From Treponema sp. (GTDB lineage Bacteria; Spirochaetota; Spirochaetia; Treponematales; Breznakiellaceae), in contig WQSN01000008.1 in NCBI GenBank assembly GCA_009787835.1, forward strand, positions 2,308 to 66,307: DNA of 64,000 nt, written 5' to 3'. Under the pieces are notes generated by a model. It ran no database searches. It was not told the DNA's origin and saw only the letters and a program-made list of their open reading frames with translations. Shown here piece by piece: positions 10,251 to 20,537 of the stretch. The translations under genes were made by a program, and so were the position numbers. Each line of letters opens with the position of its first letter. Position 1 is the stretch's first letter.

Positions 10251-11813
10251 ATGGTTTGGCATCAGAAACTGCCTGAAAAGATAAAAGCTTTTCTTATAAG
10301 CGCCAGCATTATAAATACAATGAAAACTTCCCATGTAGTTATCATCGCACTTCTTCTGGTTCCTCTTATCATGAGCATTGTTGTCACTTTTATTAATACA
10401 TTAAGTTATGACAGGCTTATAAGCAATGTGGATAAAACCAACCGCTTAAACCAGGTTGTAAGGACAGAAGTGACAAACGAGCTTTGGGATATTGTCGCGG
10501 GCAACAAATCTTTCAGCGAAGGCAGCCAGTACTGGATTATTGATCAGATAAATACCGGCCTGCAGGATATTATGCGCACAACAGGCGTTACGCAAAACAG
10601 GCGTATTCTGGAAGTTGCAGGCAGGGCCATGCAGACGCTTTCGCGTTATGTGAATAGGCTCAGCTATCAGATGGAAAATAATTTTCCTGTCATAGAAAAC
10701 GAAAGAATGCTGGATGAAATCAGGGGAGTATCGGCGCTGGTTTCGGAACTGCTCGCGGACTTTATCGTTATGGAAATAGAATCAGCTGCCGCCGAGAATC
10801 AAAGGATTAAAACACGGGCGATTATTATCGGCATAGCGGAAGTTATCATCATTATTATCGCCACATTTATCTCGGTATTTGTACAGATGTCGGTTGCAAG
10901 AAGTGTGGACAGGTCAATCGGCTCCCTTGTTTCATTTTCATCTTCCATCGCCGAAGGAAACCTTGAGGCAAGAGCGGCTCTTCCGCGCGTTCAGGAACTT
11001 GAAACTTTAACAGAGAATCTCAACATAATGGCGGATAAAATTAAAACACTCATAGAAGAAAATATCAGAGAACAGAGGAATTTTCAAAAATCAGAAATGA
11101 GGGCGTTACAGGCGCAGATTACCCCCCACTTTTTGTATAACACCATGGATTCAATCGTATGGCTCGCGGAAGGGAATCAGAACGAACAGGTTATTTCCAT
11201 AACAAGGGCGTTTTCTGACTTTTTCAGGATTTCACTGAACCGCGGTGACGAATGGGTCCGCGTGCAGGATGAGCTGAAGCATATAGAAAGTTATCTGACG
11301 ATTCAGAAAATCCGCTACCGCGACATTCTGGATTATTCGATTGAATACGAGCATGAAATGGAGCAGAAGATCATGCTGAAGCTTCTGCTTCAGCCGTTAG
11401 TTGAAAACGCACTGTATCACGGAATTAAAAACAAGCGCGGCAGGGGAACAATTAAAATCCGGGGCTGGCAGGAAAACGGCTTTTCATGCTTCTGTGTTGC
11501 GGATAACGGTATCGGCATGACAGAGACGCAGATCGCTTCGGTAAAGGAACAGCTTGCAGGAAAACTCGCGCCTGTTACGGCGGAGTCCTCAGGCAGCGAA
11601 ACAGGAAACCGCATTTACGGACTATACAATGTGGCAAAAAGAATGGAATTATATTATAACAGGACTGATCTTTTGGATATTAAAAGCAAATTCAGGGAAG
11701 GTACAACCATTACTCTTTTCGTTCCCGGCCCCGCATCGGAATCATCAGGACGTCATTCCGATTCCGCGCACCCGCCATTTCTGACACAGTCGTTGGGGGG
11801 TATGAATGTATAA
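10251..11813 (+). CDS. YesM/LytS-type sensor histidine kinase with HAMP domain
   Basis: Two TM segments, ALQAQITPHFLYNT, LQPLVENALYHG, DNGIG; ATG at 10251. Confidence 0.92.
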   Translation: MVWHQKLPEKIKAFLISASIINTMKTSHVVIIALLLVPLIMSIVVTFINTLSYDRLISNVDKTNRLNQVVRTEVTNELWDIVAGNKSFSEGSQYWIIDQINTGLQDIMRTTGVTQNRRILEVAGRAMQTLSRYVNRLSYQMENNFPVIENERMLDEIRGVSALVSELLADFIVMEIESAAAENQRIKTRAIIIGIAEVIIIIIATFISVFVQMSVARSVDRSIGSLVSFSSSIAEGNLEARAALPRVQELETLTENLNIMADKIKTLIEENIREQRNFQKSEMRALQAQITPHFLYNTMDSIVWLAEGNQNEQVISITRAFSDFFRISLNRGDEWVRVQDELKHIESYLTIQKIRYRDILDYSIEYEHEMEQKIMLKLLLQPLVENALYHGIKNKRGRGTIKIRGWQENGFSCFCVADNGIGMTETQIASVKEQLAGKLAPVTAESSGSETGNRIYGLYNVAKRMELYYNRTDLLDIKSKFREGTTITLFVPGPASESSGRHSDSAHPPFLTQSLGGMNV

Positions 11814-13410
11814 AGTGTTCCTTGTGGAAGACGAAATCGTTGTCCGGGAGGGAATCCGCAACAATATCCCCTGGGATCAAACTCAATATTCACTGGCAGG
11901 GGAAGCGTCCGACGGAGAGATGGCTTTATCCATGATCCAGGATATAAAACCTGATATATTAATCACGGATATACGGATGCCCTTTATGGACGGTCTTACG
12001 CTCTCCAGAATTGTAAAAAAGAATTTACCATGGATAAAAATCATAATTATTTCCGGCCATGATGAATTTGAGTATGCTAAAGAAGCGATTGGCGTGGGCG
12101 TTGAAGAATACCTTCTTAAACCTGTTTCTTCGCAGGAGATGTGCAAGACTCTGGATAAAATCGCAAAGCGGATTGATGATGAAAAGGAGAATCTTCTTAA
12201 CATTGAAAAACTGAAAGCCCAGGTCAGATCTTCCACAGACATTTTACGGGACAAATGGCTTTCGGATTTTATGAACGGAAATATTCCGGCGGCCGACGCG
12301 ATTGAACAGGGAAGAGAATTCGGCGTTGATCTTTTAGCCAGATCATATATTGTACTTGCTGTCGGAATAAAAAGTCCGCAGGAAAAAGAAGGGCAGCTTG
12401 TTCCGGTAAAAATTATTTTCCAGTCCATACTGGAAAAACACGATAACAGCATCTGGTTTCAGGAGAACGAAAAAAATTATATTATTCTTCTCAAGGAAAT
12501 TTCAGATAACGCTGATGAGCTGGCTTATTCCATAGCCCAGGCGCTGAAATATGAAATAGAAAGAAAGACTGGAAATAAGGTAATGATCGGCATAGGCCCT
12601 AAAGCGCAGAGAATCGGCGAAGTAATAAATTCATTCTCAACGGCCCGCAGGATTGTAAATTACGGCATCACACACGGCCATTCGCTGATTGCGGATGAAA
12701 AAATGCTTGCGCGTGATGAAAAAGGTTTTGATCCTTCGCCCCTTCTCAATGTTAATGATGACATGTTATTGACCAGATTAAAGTACGCTTCAAAAAAAGA
12801 TGTTGATTCAATTATATCGGAATATACAAAAATTCTTGACGGTGATTTCAGCGAAAATAAAATGCTGATATTTTTTATTTTCGGTGAGATAATCGTGGCG
12901 GCTTCAAAAATTGTGGAGGCGTTCGGAGGCGATATAAGAAAAATCGCTCCCTACAGCCTTAACAAGAACGATATAGAAGGCATAGCGAGTTCCAGGGATT
13001 TTTTCCATGAAAAAGTAAAAGAACTGTTTTACGCTGTAATAGAATACAGGGATGTTCACACGGAAGGCAGATACCAGTCTATTATTGTTAAGTCCCGCGA
13101 GTTTATAGATCGCAACTTTAATTCCGATGATATTTCTCTTTACTCCACTGCTTCCTATGTGGGAATTAGTCCCAATTATTTAAGCACAATTTTCGCGCAG
13201 GAGACAGGAGAAAATTTTATTGAATACCTGACAAGGGTGCGGATAGAAAAAGCGAAGCAGCTGTTATGGGAAACAGCCATGAAAAACGCGGACATAGCCT
13301 ATGAAACAGGTTTTAATGATCCTCATTATTTCAGTAATTTTTTCAAAAAAAATACCGGTATGTCTCCAAGGGAATTCCGTCTGTTAAAAACAGAAAAAAA
13401 CACACCATGA
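11806..13410 (+). CDS. YesN-type response regulator (receiver + AraC HTH)
   Basis: VEDE, TDIRMPFMDG, YLLKP; C-terminal GFNDPHYFSNFFKK..GMSPREFR. Confidence 0.93.
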   Translation: MYKVFLVEDEIVVREGIRNNIPWDQTQYSLAGEASDGEMALSMIQDIKPDILITDIRMPFMDGLTLSRIVKKNLPWIKIIIISGHDEFEYAKEAIGVGVEEYLLKPVSSQEMCKTLDKIAKRIDDEKENLLNIEKLKAQVRSSTDILRDKWLSDFMNGNIPAADAIEQGREFGVDLLARSYIVLAVGIKSPQEKEGQLVPVKIIFQSILEKHDNSIWFQENEKNYIILLKEISDNADELAYSIAQALKYEIERKTGNKVMIGIGPKAQRIGEVINSFSTARRIVNYGITHGHSLIADEKMLARDEKGFDPSPLLNVNDDMLLTRLKYASKKDVDSIISEYTKILDGDFSENKMLIFFIFGEIIVAASKIVEAFGGDIRKIAPYSLNKNDIEGIASSRDFFHEKVKELFYAVIEYRDVHTEGRYQSIIVKSREFIDRNFNSDDISLYSTASYVGISPNYLSTIFAQETGENFIEYLTRVRIEKAKQLLWETAMKNADIAYETGFNDPHYFSNFFKKNTGMSPREFRLLKTEKNTP

Positions 13411-13560
13411 TTCGTTAAATTTTATACTTTTTGATATTGTACTTTTGTTTTCAGCTTTACAGCATAAAATATTCAATAAAACTCAATAATAAAAATCATT
13501 TACAAACAATATACCTTATCAGTATAATGAACAAAATTATTTTTATTTTTGGAGGAAAAC

Positions 13561-14616
13561 ATGAAGAAACTAGTAGCAGTATTTGTAGTATTTGCTATAG
13601 TAGCGGCAATGGCTTTTGCCGGCGGAAACAGACAAAGCGGAGGATCATCTTCCGGCAGCGCTCAGGCGGCGTCCCGCAGCAGCTTAATCAAAGTCGGTAT
13701 CGTCAATCTGCACCCATCCGAATCCGGTTATCGTGAGGCGAATGTAAAAGACATGGATGAAGTTTTTACCACAGTTAACGGTTATTTGGCGTTAAAAGCC
13801 AATTACAACACGCTTAACGAGCAGCTTGACGCGGCCAGGCAGTTCATTAATGACGGCGTTGACTATCTGTTGATTTCCGCCGCTGACGCCAGCGGCTGGG
13901 ATTCCGTCCTCGCCGATGCAAAGAGAGCGGGTATCCCTGTGTTCCTGTTTGACCGTATGATTAACACAGCTCCGGATAACTTTACAGCCGCGGTAATCTC
14001 TGATATGCAAAATCAGGGTAAAAACGCTGTTGAATGGCTGGAAACCCAAAACCGCGCCGGAGGATACAGATTCATCCACATTCAGGGTCAGATCGGTTCC
14101 GCGGCTCAGATTGGCAGAACTGAGCCTTTAGACGCGGCGATTGCAAAACACGCCAATTGGACATTAGTACGCCGCGGCACAGGCGGTGACACATGGAGCG
14201 CGGACGAAGCGAAAAGAATCGTAGAAGCCGCAATCGCAGCGAGAGAGAACTTCAATGTCATCTATGCCGAGAATGACGGCATGGCAGAAGGCGCCATGAA
14301 GGCACTGCAGGAAGCCGGTATCTCCCATGGTGTAAATGGCGATGTCTGGATTATGGGATTTGACTTTAATAAATTCGCTCTCAGGTATGTTATGAGCGGC
14401 GCCTGGAATTTTAACGGCCAGTGCAGCCCTTTCCAGGCTAAAGTAATTGATGGATTCATCAAGACAATGCAGTCAGGCGGCAAGCCGAATATTCCCGCAT
14501 CCAATTGGCCTGCTTTTGGCAGAACATACAACAATGTTGTTATCAATCCTGAAATCGTCATTGACAACGCGAAAATCACCCAGGCTTTCATTGATCAATA
14601 CGGACTTGGTAACTAA
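13561..14616 (+). CDS. Monosaccharide ABC transporter substrate-binding protein (YtfQ-like)
   Basis: Signal peptide, ESGYR, AENDGMAEGA; GGAGG RBS before ATG 13561. Confidence 0.85.
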   Translation: MKKLVAVFVVFAIVAAMAFAGGNRQSGGSSSGSAQAASRSSLIKVGIVNLHPSESGYREANVKDMDEVFTTVNGYLALKANYNTLNEQLDAARQFINDGVDYLLISAADASGWDSVLADAKRAGIPVFLFDRMINTAPDNFTAAVISDMQNQGKNAVEWLETQNRAGGYRFIHIQGQIGSAAQIGRTEPLDAAIAKHANWTLVRRGTGGDTWSADEAKRIVEAAIAARENFNVIYAENDGMAEGAMKALQEAGISHGVNGDVWIMGFDFNKFALRYVMSGAWNFNGQCSPFQAKVIDGFIKTMQSGGKPNIPASNWPAFGRTYNNVVINPEIVIDNAKITQAFIDQYGLGN

Positions 14617-14653
14617 GATAATTTGAACTACTTCTATAGTTTGAATTAACAAA

Positions 14654-14707
14654 AATCTGACGGTGCAGAGAATGCAGTTTATAACGCATACCCTGCACCG
14701 TTTGATT
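14654..14707 (+). terminator. Long stem-loop after the SBP gene (stabiliser or partial terminator)
   Basis: ACGGTGCAG (14660-14668) / CTGCACCGT (14693-14701) with extended imperfect pairing. Confidence 0.6.
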
Positions 14708-14789
14708 ATACAGGATTTTGAGACAATTTGTTTGGGCATAACTCAAACGAAGGGTTGCCGAACAAGTCCAATGAAGGCGGAAATATTTA

Positions 14790-16310
14790 ATGGAAAATGA
14801 TTTTGTCCTGTCCATGCAGAATATCAGTAAAGAATTTCCCGGGGTAAAGGCATTGACAAATGTAGATTTTACGCTTCGTAAAGGCGAAATTTGCGCTCTT
14901 ATGGGCGAAAACGGAGCCGGCAAGTCAACATTGATAAAAGTTTTGACCGGAGTTTACCATAAGGATTCCGGTCAAGTTTACATAGATGGAGTAAATAAAT
15001 CAGTAACAATTAAGTCTCCGCAAGAAGCGCAGAATATGGGCATCAGCACTGTTTATCAGGAGATAACGCTTTGCCCTAACATTACTGTCGCCGAGAATCT
15101 GTTCATTGGGCGTGGCAAATACAATTTCGTTAATTGGCGCGTCATGGAAAAAAGAGCTAAAGAATTATTGGATAATCTTGGCATTCCCGCAAAGCCAAAG
15201 CAGCAGCTCTCCGGTTGTTCTTTGGCAGTGCAGCAAATGGTCGCTATTGCACGCGCTGTTGATATGGAGTGCAAAGTCCTGATACTGGATGAGCCCACAT
15301 CTTCACTCGACGAACATGAGGTAGCGAAACTTTTTTCTCTTATGCGCGATCTTAAGGCGCGCGGTGTCGGCATTGTTTTTGTCACACATTTTCTGGAACA
15401 GGTATATAAGATATGTGACACAATTACAGTGCTGCGTAACGGCGAGCTTGTCGGCAATTATATAACGAAAGATCTGCCGCCTGTAGAACTAATCGCTAAA
15501 ATGATGGGTAAGGCTCTGAGCGATTTATCACAACTGCATAAGAGGGATGAATCAGGTAAAGAGAGCGGTTTGCCTTTTTACTCTGCAGTGGGACTTTCCA
15601 GCGCGGCAGGCGTTAGACCTTATGACATTAATGTATACAAGGGCGAAGTTAGTGGATTCGCCGGTCTCCTCGGGTCAGGGCGCAGCGAAAGCGTACGCGC
15701 GATTTTTGGCGCGGACAGGGTAACCGGGGGCAAGGTAAATATAAACGGAAAACCAGTCAGAATAACAAAGCCAATCGACGCCATGAAAAATGGAGTTGGC
15801 TATCTTTCCGAAGACCGCAAAATCGACGGCATAATCGGTGATTTATCTGTGCGTGACAATATTATACTTGCCCTTCAGGTTATGAAAGGTTTTTTAAGAC
15901 CTATTTCCAAGCCTGAGGCTGAAGCTTTTGCTGATGAGTATATTAAGCTTTTAGGCATAAAAACCGCTTCAACGAGTACGCCGATCGGCTCTTTATCGGG
16001 AGGAAACCAGCAAAAGGTCATATTAGCCAGATGGCTTCTAACGCATCCTGAATATTTAATCCTGGACGAGCCTACGCGTGGCATTGATGTAGGCACCAAA
16101 GTAGATATCCAAAAACTGGTGCTTAAACTTGCTGAAGAAGGCATGAGCATTACTTTCATTTCATCCGAAATCGAGGAGATGGTGCGCACTTGCTCCCGTC
16201 TGATCGTCATGAGGGATCGTAATGTTGTAGGCGCATTGGCAGGTAATGAGATAACGCAGGATAATATAATGCACACTATTGCGGGAACGGAGGGCACGGA
16301 TAATGAGTAA
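14790..16310 (+). CDS. Sugar ABC transporter ATP-binding protein (YtfR/RbsA-like, two NBDs)
   Basis: GENGAGKST, LDEPT, LSGGNQQK, DEPTRGIDVG. Confidence 0.95.
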   Translation: MENDFVLSMQNISKEFPGVKALTNVDFTLRKGEICALMGENGAGKSTLIKVLTGVYHKDSGQVYIDGVNKSVTIKSPQEAQNMGISTVYQEITLCPNITVAENLFIGRGKYNFVNWRVMEKRAKELLDNLGIPAKPKQQLSGCSLAVQQMVAIARAVDMECKVLILDEPTSSLDEHEVAKLFSLMRDLKARGVGIVFVTHFLEQVYKICDTITVLRNGELVGNYITKDLPPVELIAKMMGKALSDLSQLHKRDESGKESGLPFYSAVGLSSAAGVRPYDINVYKGEVSGFAGLLGSGRSESVRAIFGADRVTGGKVNINGKPVRITKPIDAMKNGVGYLSEDRKIDGIIGDLSVRDNIILALQVMKGFLRPISKPEAEAFADEYIKLLGIKTASTSTPIGSLSGGNQQKVILARWLLTHPEYLILDEPTRGIDVGTKVDIQKLVLKLAEEGMSITFISSEIEEMVRTCSRLIVMRDRNVVGALAGNEITQDNIMHTIAGTEGTDNE

Positions 16311-17412
16311 ATCCCTGAGTGTTATTAAAAAAATAGGCGCGAAATTTAATTTTATACTCATGCCCGTAGCTGTTTTGCTGCTGTTAATGGGAATCAATAT
16401 AATCGCGGATATAATCAGGCTTGGTTTACCCAATGCTCTTAACTTCTTCATAATTGAATTCAGATTAAATAATCTTGGTAACAGGGTGCTGGGCGGAAAT
16501 CCAATCAGCATCTTAAACCTTGCTTCCGAACTTGCAGTTATATCTATCGGAATGACGCTTGTAACCGCCGCGTCGCGCGGCCAGGATATCGGGGTTGGCG
16601 CTGTTGCAGCTATCGGAGCCAGTGTTTTTGTCTATGTAATCCGGTTGAGTCAGGAAGTTACGCTTCTTTGGGTGCTTTTTGCTTTTGTTGCAAGTATCGC
16701 CGCTTGTATGCTTTGCGGCGTGTTTAACGGTATTTTAGTCGCTAAATTTAAAATTCAACCAATGATAGCGACATTGATCATGTTTACATCAGGCCGTTCA
16801 ATAGCTTACGCGATTAACGGCGGAGCGTCTCCCAAGGTTTTTGATGACATTACTCTGCAGCTCGGCGGCTTTATTCACGGTGTTCCGGTTCCGACTCCTA
16901 TATTCATCGTGCTGTTATATGGTTTGATCTTTTTCCTGATCTTTAAATTTACGAATCTGCGGCTGTATGTACAGTCAGTAGGCATTAACGAGAAGTCCGC
17001 CTACTTAAACGGTATTAACCCAACCACGATAAAAATACTGACTTTTGTTATTATAGGATTTTGTGTCGCAGGCGCTGGAGTTATAAATTCTTGCAGAATG
17101 CAAAGGGTAGATCATCTTGCCATATTGGGCGGTATTGAAATGGACGCGATTCTGGCGGTCGCAATCGGCGGAAATTTATTAAGCGGCGGAAAATTCAGCA
17201 TAATAGGCTCTGTAATCGGCGCTTATACAATAGAAACTTTAAACGTAACCTTACTCAGGCTTGGCGTTTTACCGGAACCGATTAGGGTTTACAAGGCGAC
17301 ATTTATCATATTGCTTATGGTTCTCAGTTCGCCTGTTATTAAAAGCTTTATTTCCCAAATGTGGAGCAATTTAACCGTTAAACATGGCTCTGTTATTAAG
17401 GAGGAAGGTTAA
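16303..17412 (+). CDS. Sugar ABC transporter permease (YtfT-like)
   Basis: Multi-TM; IQPMIATL, EMDAILAVAIGG. Confidence 0.9.
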   Translation: MSKSLSVIKKIGAKFNFILMPVAVLLLLMGINIIADIIRLGLPNALNFFIIEFRLNNLGNRVLGGNPISILNLASELAVISIGMTLVTAASRGQDIGVGAVAAIGASVFVYVIRLSQEVTLLWVLFAFVASIAACMLCGVFNGILVAKFKIQPMIATLIMFTSGRSIAYAINGGASPKVFDDITLQLGGFIHGVPVPTPIFIVLLYGLIFFLIFKFTNLRLYVQSVGINEKSAYLNGINPTTIKILTFVIIGFCVAGAGVINSCRMQRVDHLAILGGIEMDAILAVAIGGNLLSGGKFSIIGSVIGAYTIETLNVTLLRLGVLPEPIRVYKATFIILLMVLSSPVIKSFISQMWSNLTVKHGSVIKEEG

Positions 17413-17414
17413 TT

Positions 17415-18569
17415 ATGGAAAATAATTCTTCCTCTGAACGTTTCACACCGCTAAAGCAGCGTACGGGTAAGAGAACTGAAATTAAGATTCCCGGCATTGG
17501 AAAAATCAGTCAGCTGACGGATTCAAACCTGCTGCTGCTGATCGCAATTTCAATTTTCATTCTTTTATATGTATTCGCGATGATTTTTTTTGGCGGAAGC
17601 TTTACCAGATTCCAGGGCTTTTTTGATTTATTTAACAACAACGCGTCCTTGCTCATCCTTGCCTGCGCCTTGAGCATTGTAATGGTCGGCGGCGGCATTG
17701 ATATCTCTGTTGGCGGTGTTGTCGCGCTTGTTACCGCTGCATGCGCGGTTTATCTTGACTCCGGTAATGGTAATATTTTTGTGTCTATTTGCATAGCTTT
17801 AGGTATTGGTTTGGCGTTCGGACTGATTCAGGGCTTTTTGGTAGCTTATATGAAAGTGCAGCCGTTTATTATTACTCTAGCCGGAATGTTTTTTGCCAGG
17901 GGAATGGCAACTGTTATCACATCAAACTCACATACGGTCAGGCTGGAAAGTTTTGTCCGGCTAAAAAGCATCAGGGTGGAAATTGATTCTCTGGGTTATA
18001 TCGCGAGAAACGGCAATTTAATCCCGGCGGCAATTGACATCGGGGTTTTTATCTCATTATTTCTGATAGTAATTATCGCTGTTGTTTTAAAGTGGACAAG
18101 GTTTGGACGTAATTTATACGCTGTTGGCGGCAACAGTCAAAGCGCGCTGATGCTTGGGATTAATGTTAATCGTACCAGGTTCTACTCTTATGTAGTCTGC
18201 GGTTTCCTTGCCGGCGTTGCGGGATTTGTTTTTCTTTTAAAAGCAGGCTCCGGTTATTCACAGCATGCTTTTATTTTCGAAATGAAGGCCATTGCCGCGT
18301 CCATAATCGGCGGCACGATGTTAACAGGCGGCGTAGGTAATATTGTAGGTTCTCCTATCGGCGTCTTGGTATTAATGACGATTGAAACCATTGTCAGAGC
18401 TTCAGGGATAACATCAGGCGGCAGGATATGGCTGCAGGATGTAACAACGGGGATAATACTTTTCCTTGCGCTTATTTTGCAAAGTATGATTCTCTCGCAC
18501 CGCGGCAGTGGAAACAAAGTTTCCAGCAGTTTTAAAAAGAAGATTTTTAAATTATTGAAGTTACACTGA
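17415..18569 (+). CDS. Sugar ABC transporter permease (YjfF-like)
   Basis: GGIDISVG, QPFIITLAGMFFARG, TRFGRNLYAVGGN. Confidence 0.9.
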   Translation: MENNSSSERFTPLKQRTGKRTEIKIPGIGKISQLTDSNLLLLIAISIFILLYVFAMIFFGGSFTRFQGFFDLFNNNASLLILACALSIVMVGGGIDISVGGVVALVTAACAVYLDSGNGNIFVSICIALGIGLAFGLIQGFLVAYMKVQPFIITLAGMFFARGMATVITSNSHTVRLESFVRLKSIRVEIDSLGYIARNGNLIPAAIDIGVFISLFLIVIIAVVLKWTRFGRNLYAVGGNSQSALMLGINVNRTRFYSYVVCGFLAGVAGFVFLLKAGSGYSQHAFIFEMKAIAASIIGGTMLTGGVGNIVGSPIGVLVLMTIETIVRASGITSGGRIWLQDVTTGIILFLALILQSMILSHRGSGNKVSSSFKKKIFKLLKLH

Positions 18570-18611
18570 CGATATACTGTCTTATACTGTAATGGTTAAT
18601 GTAAAGAATAG

Positions 18612-19655
18612 CTATAAGCGGCGGCGGCAAATTCCGACAGACTGCCGTTCGAGAATGGTACAGGGAAGAGCTGTTTTATTTTTATTGATTTTACGGTGTT
18701 TCATCCGGCTTATGATAATTTCCGCGGACAGGCGGCCGATTTCATTAAGAGGCGGCTGAACAGTAGACAACTGCGGACTGTAACCCTGACTTATATCCCG
18801 GTTGTCAAAACCAAATAGGGAAATATCCTTTCCTATCTGCAAGCCGCGTTCTGCGGCCTGTTCGTAAACGCCGGATGCCATTAAGTCGTTAAATGAAAAA
18901 ATGGCGGATACTTTTTTATCCAGTAAAGACGCGGCGAGTCGGTAACCGGAAGGACGTTCCCAGTCTCCGTACACAATGAGATCCTCTTTAGCTTTGATTT
19001 GATGTTCAGCTAACGCTTTAAAATAACCGCGCAGCCGCGCTCTGGCATGAAAACTTGACATAGGGCCGCATATAACGCCGATGCGCCGGTGGCCTTTTTC
19101 AATAAGCAGACGGGTTACATCCATCGCGGCTTTTTCATCATCAAACAGCACGGACGGATAATGATCCTCTTTCAGGTAACAATACGCGTACACCAAAGGC
19201 ACCTGTACCCGCGAGGGAAGATAGGCTATTTCGCGGCAATGGTAGCCCACATAGACAATGCCTTCCACCTGTTTGGCTGTCATGTTCCGCATCATGGAAT
19301 CCAAAAGTTCATGATGTTTTGGCGTATCGGTGAAGTCATTGTTATAGCGTTTAAAAAGGCGCATGTTCGCGAGGATTATCTCATAACCGTTTTCTTCGCA
19401 GCAGGCATCAATGCCGTTAACAATTTCCGGCGTATTAAACACTGTCAGATCCTCTGTGATAATGCCTATGGTATTTGTTTTTTTCTGCTGAAGGTTTCTG
19501 GCGAGGGTATTGGGCATATATTGGAGATTGTGCGCAAGCTCAATAATTTCGCGCGCTTTGTCCTTACCGGCGGCTCCGGACTTACCGTTCAGAACATTTG
19601 AAACAGTAGTTGTGGAAACCCCGGAAAGACGGGCTATTTCTTTTATGGTAATCAT
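18612..19655 (-). CDS. LacI-family transcriptional regulator
   Basis: TIKEIARLSGVSTTTVSNVLN HTH; FNDLMA, GFDN, LSTV.PP. Confidence 0.95.
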   Translation of the reverse strand: MITIKEIARLSGVSTTTVSNVLNGKSGAAGKDKAREIIELAHNLQYMPNTLARNLQQKKTNTIGIITEDLTVFNTPEIVNGIDACCEENGYEIILANMRLFKRYNNDFTDTPKHHELLDSMMRNMTAKQVEGIVYVGYHCREIAYLPSRVQVPLVYAYCYLKEDHYPSVLFDDEKAAMDVTRLLIEKGHRRIGVICGPMSSFHARARLRGYFKALAEHQIKAKEDLIVYGDWERPSGYRLAASLLDKKVSAIFSFNDLMASGVYEQAAERGLQIGKDISLFGFDNRDISQGYSPQLSTVQPPLNEIGRLSAEIIISRMKHRKINKNKTALPCTILERQSVGICRRRL

Positions 19656-19730
19656 GGCTATAGCCTTTTATTATACAAAGTCTAGTATATTTTTTACCGG
19701 GTTGTAAACTATAATAAAGACGGTAAGAAA

Positions 19731-20477
19731 ATGAATGAAATAATGAAATCAATTTTCGGGCGTAAATCCGTAAGGCAATACGAATCAAGGACAATTTCCC
19801 GGGATGATAAAAAACTTATCCTGGAAGCGGCGCTGCAAGCGCCGACAGCCGGAAACCAGAATCTGTATACAATTCTGGATATAACAGATAAAGAATTAAA
19901 ACAAAAACTGTCACTGTATTGCGACAACCAGCCGTTCATCGCCCAGGTACCTCTGGCATTGATATTTTTGGCGGATTGCCGGCGCTGGTATGACAGTTAT
20001 CAGGCGGCAGGAATTAAAGCGCGTCCGCCTGAAGAAGGGGATCTGCTTTTGGCTGTAGCTGATGCGGTAATCGCCGCGCAGAACACAGTAGTAGCCGCCG
20101 AATCGCTTGGCATTGGTTCATGTTATATTGGCGATATTCTGGAACAGGAAGAGAATGTCCGTAAAGCGCTTGACCTGGACGAATATGTGTTTCCGGCCGC
20201 CTTTGTAGTTTACGGCTGCCCAACTTCAGGCCAAAAGGAACGGATAAAACCAAAGCGGCCGCCGTTATCTTTCATTGTGCAGGAGAACCATTACCGCCGT
20301 CTGGAAAAAGAAGAGCATCAGCAGATGTTTCTGGAAAAAGGCGAAATAAAAAGCGCTGATGAATATAATGAGTATATTAAAAATTTTTATGAACGAAAAT
20401 ACAACAGCAGTTTTGCGCATGAAATGAACCGCTGCGCCAAACGTTATATGAAACATTTTACCGGGGAGAAATGTTAA
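19731..20477 (+). CDS. Nitroreductase (NfsA/FRP-like)
   Basis: RKSVRQY, APTAGN, AAQN.VVAAESLGIGSCYIG, KPKRP. Confidence 0.9.
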   Translation: MNEIMKSIFGRKSVRQYESRTISRDDKKLILEAALQAPTAGNQNLYTILDITDKELKQKLSLYCDNQPFIAQVPLALIFLADCRRWYDSYQAAGIKARPPEEGDLLLAVADAVIAAQNTVVAAESLGIGSCYIGDILEQEENVRKALDLDEYVFPAAFVVYGCPTSGQKERIKPKRPPLSFIVQENHYRRLEKEEHQQMFLEKGEIKSADEYNEYIKNFYERKYNSSFAHEMNRCAKRYMKHFTGEKC

Positions 20478-20537
20478 ATTTAAGGAAAAGACTTCATTAA
20501 AATTTAATTTTTTTTATTTTATATAAAGAGGTAGAAT

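Noticed and set aside
13411-13560. Candidate YesN direct-repeat binding sites (TACTTTT) upstream of the SBP gene
   Set aside because: The region is too AT-rich for such short matches to be significant without comparative data.
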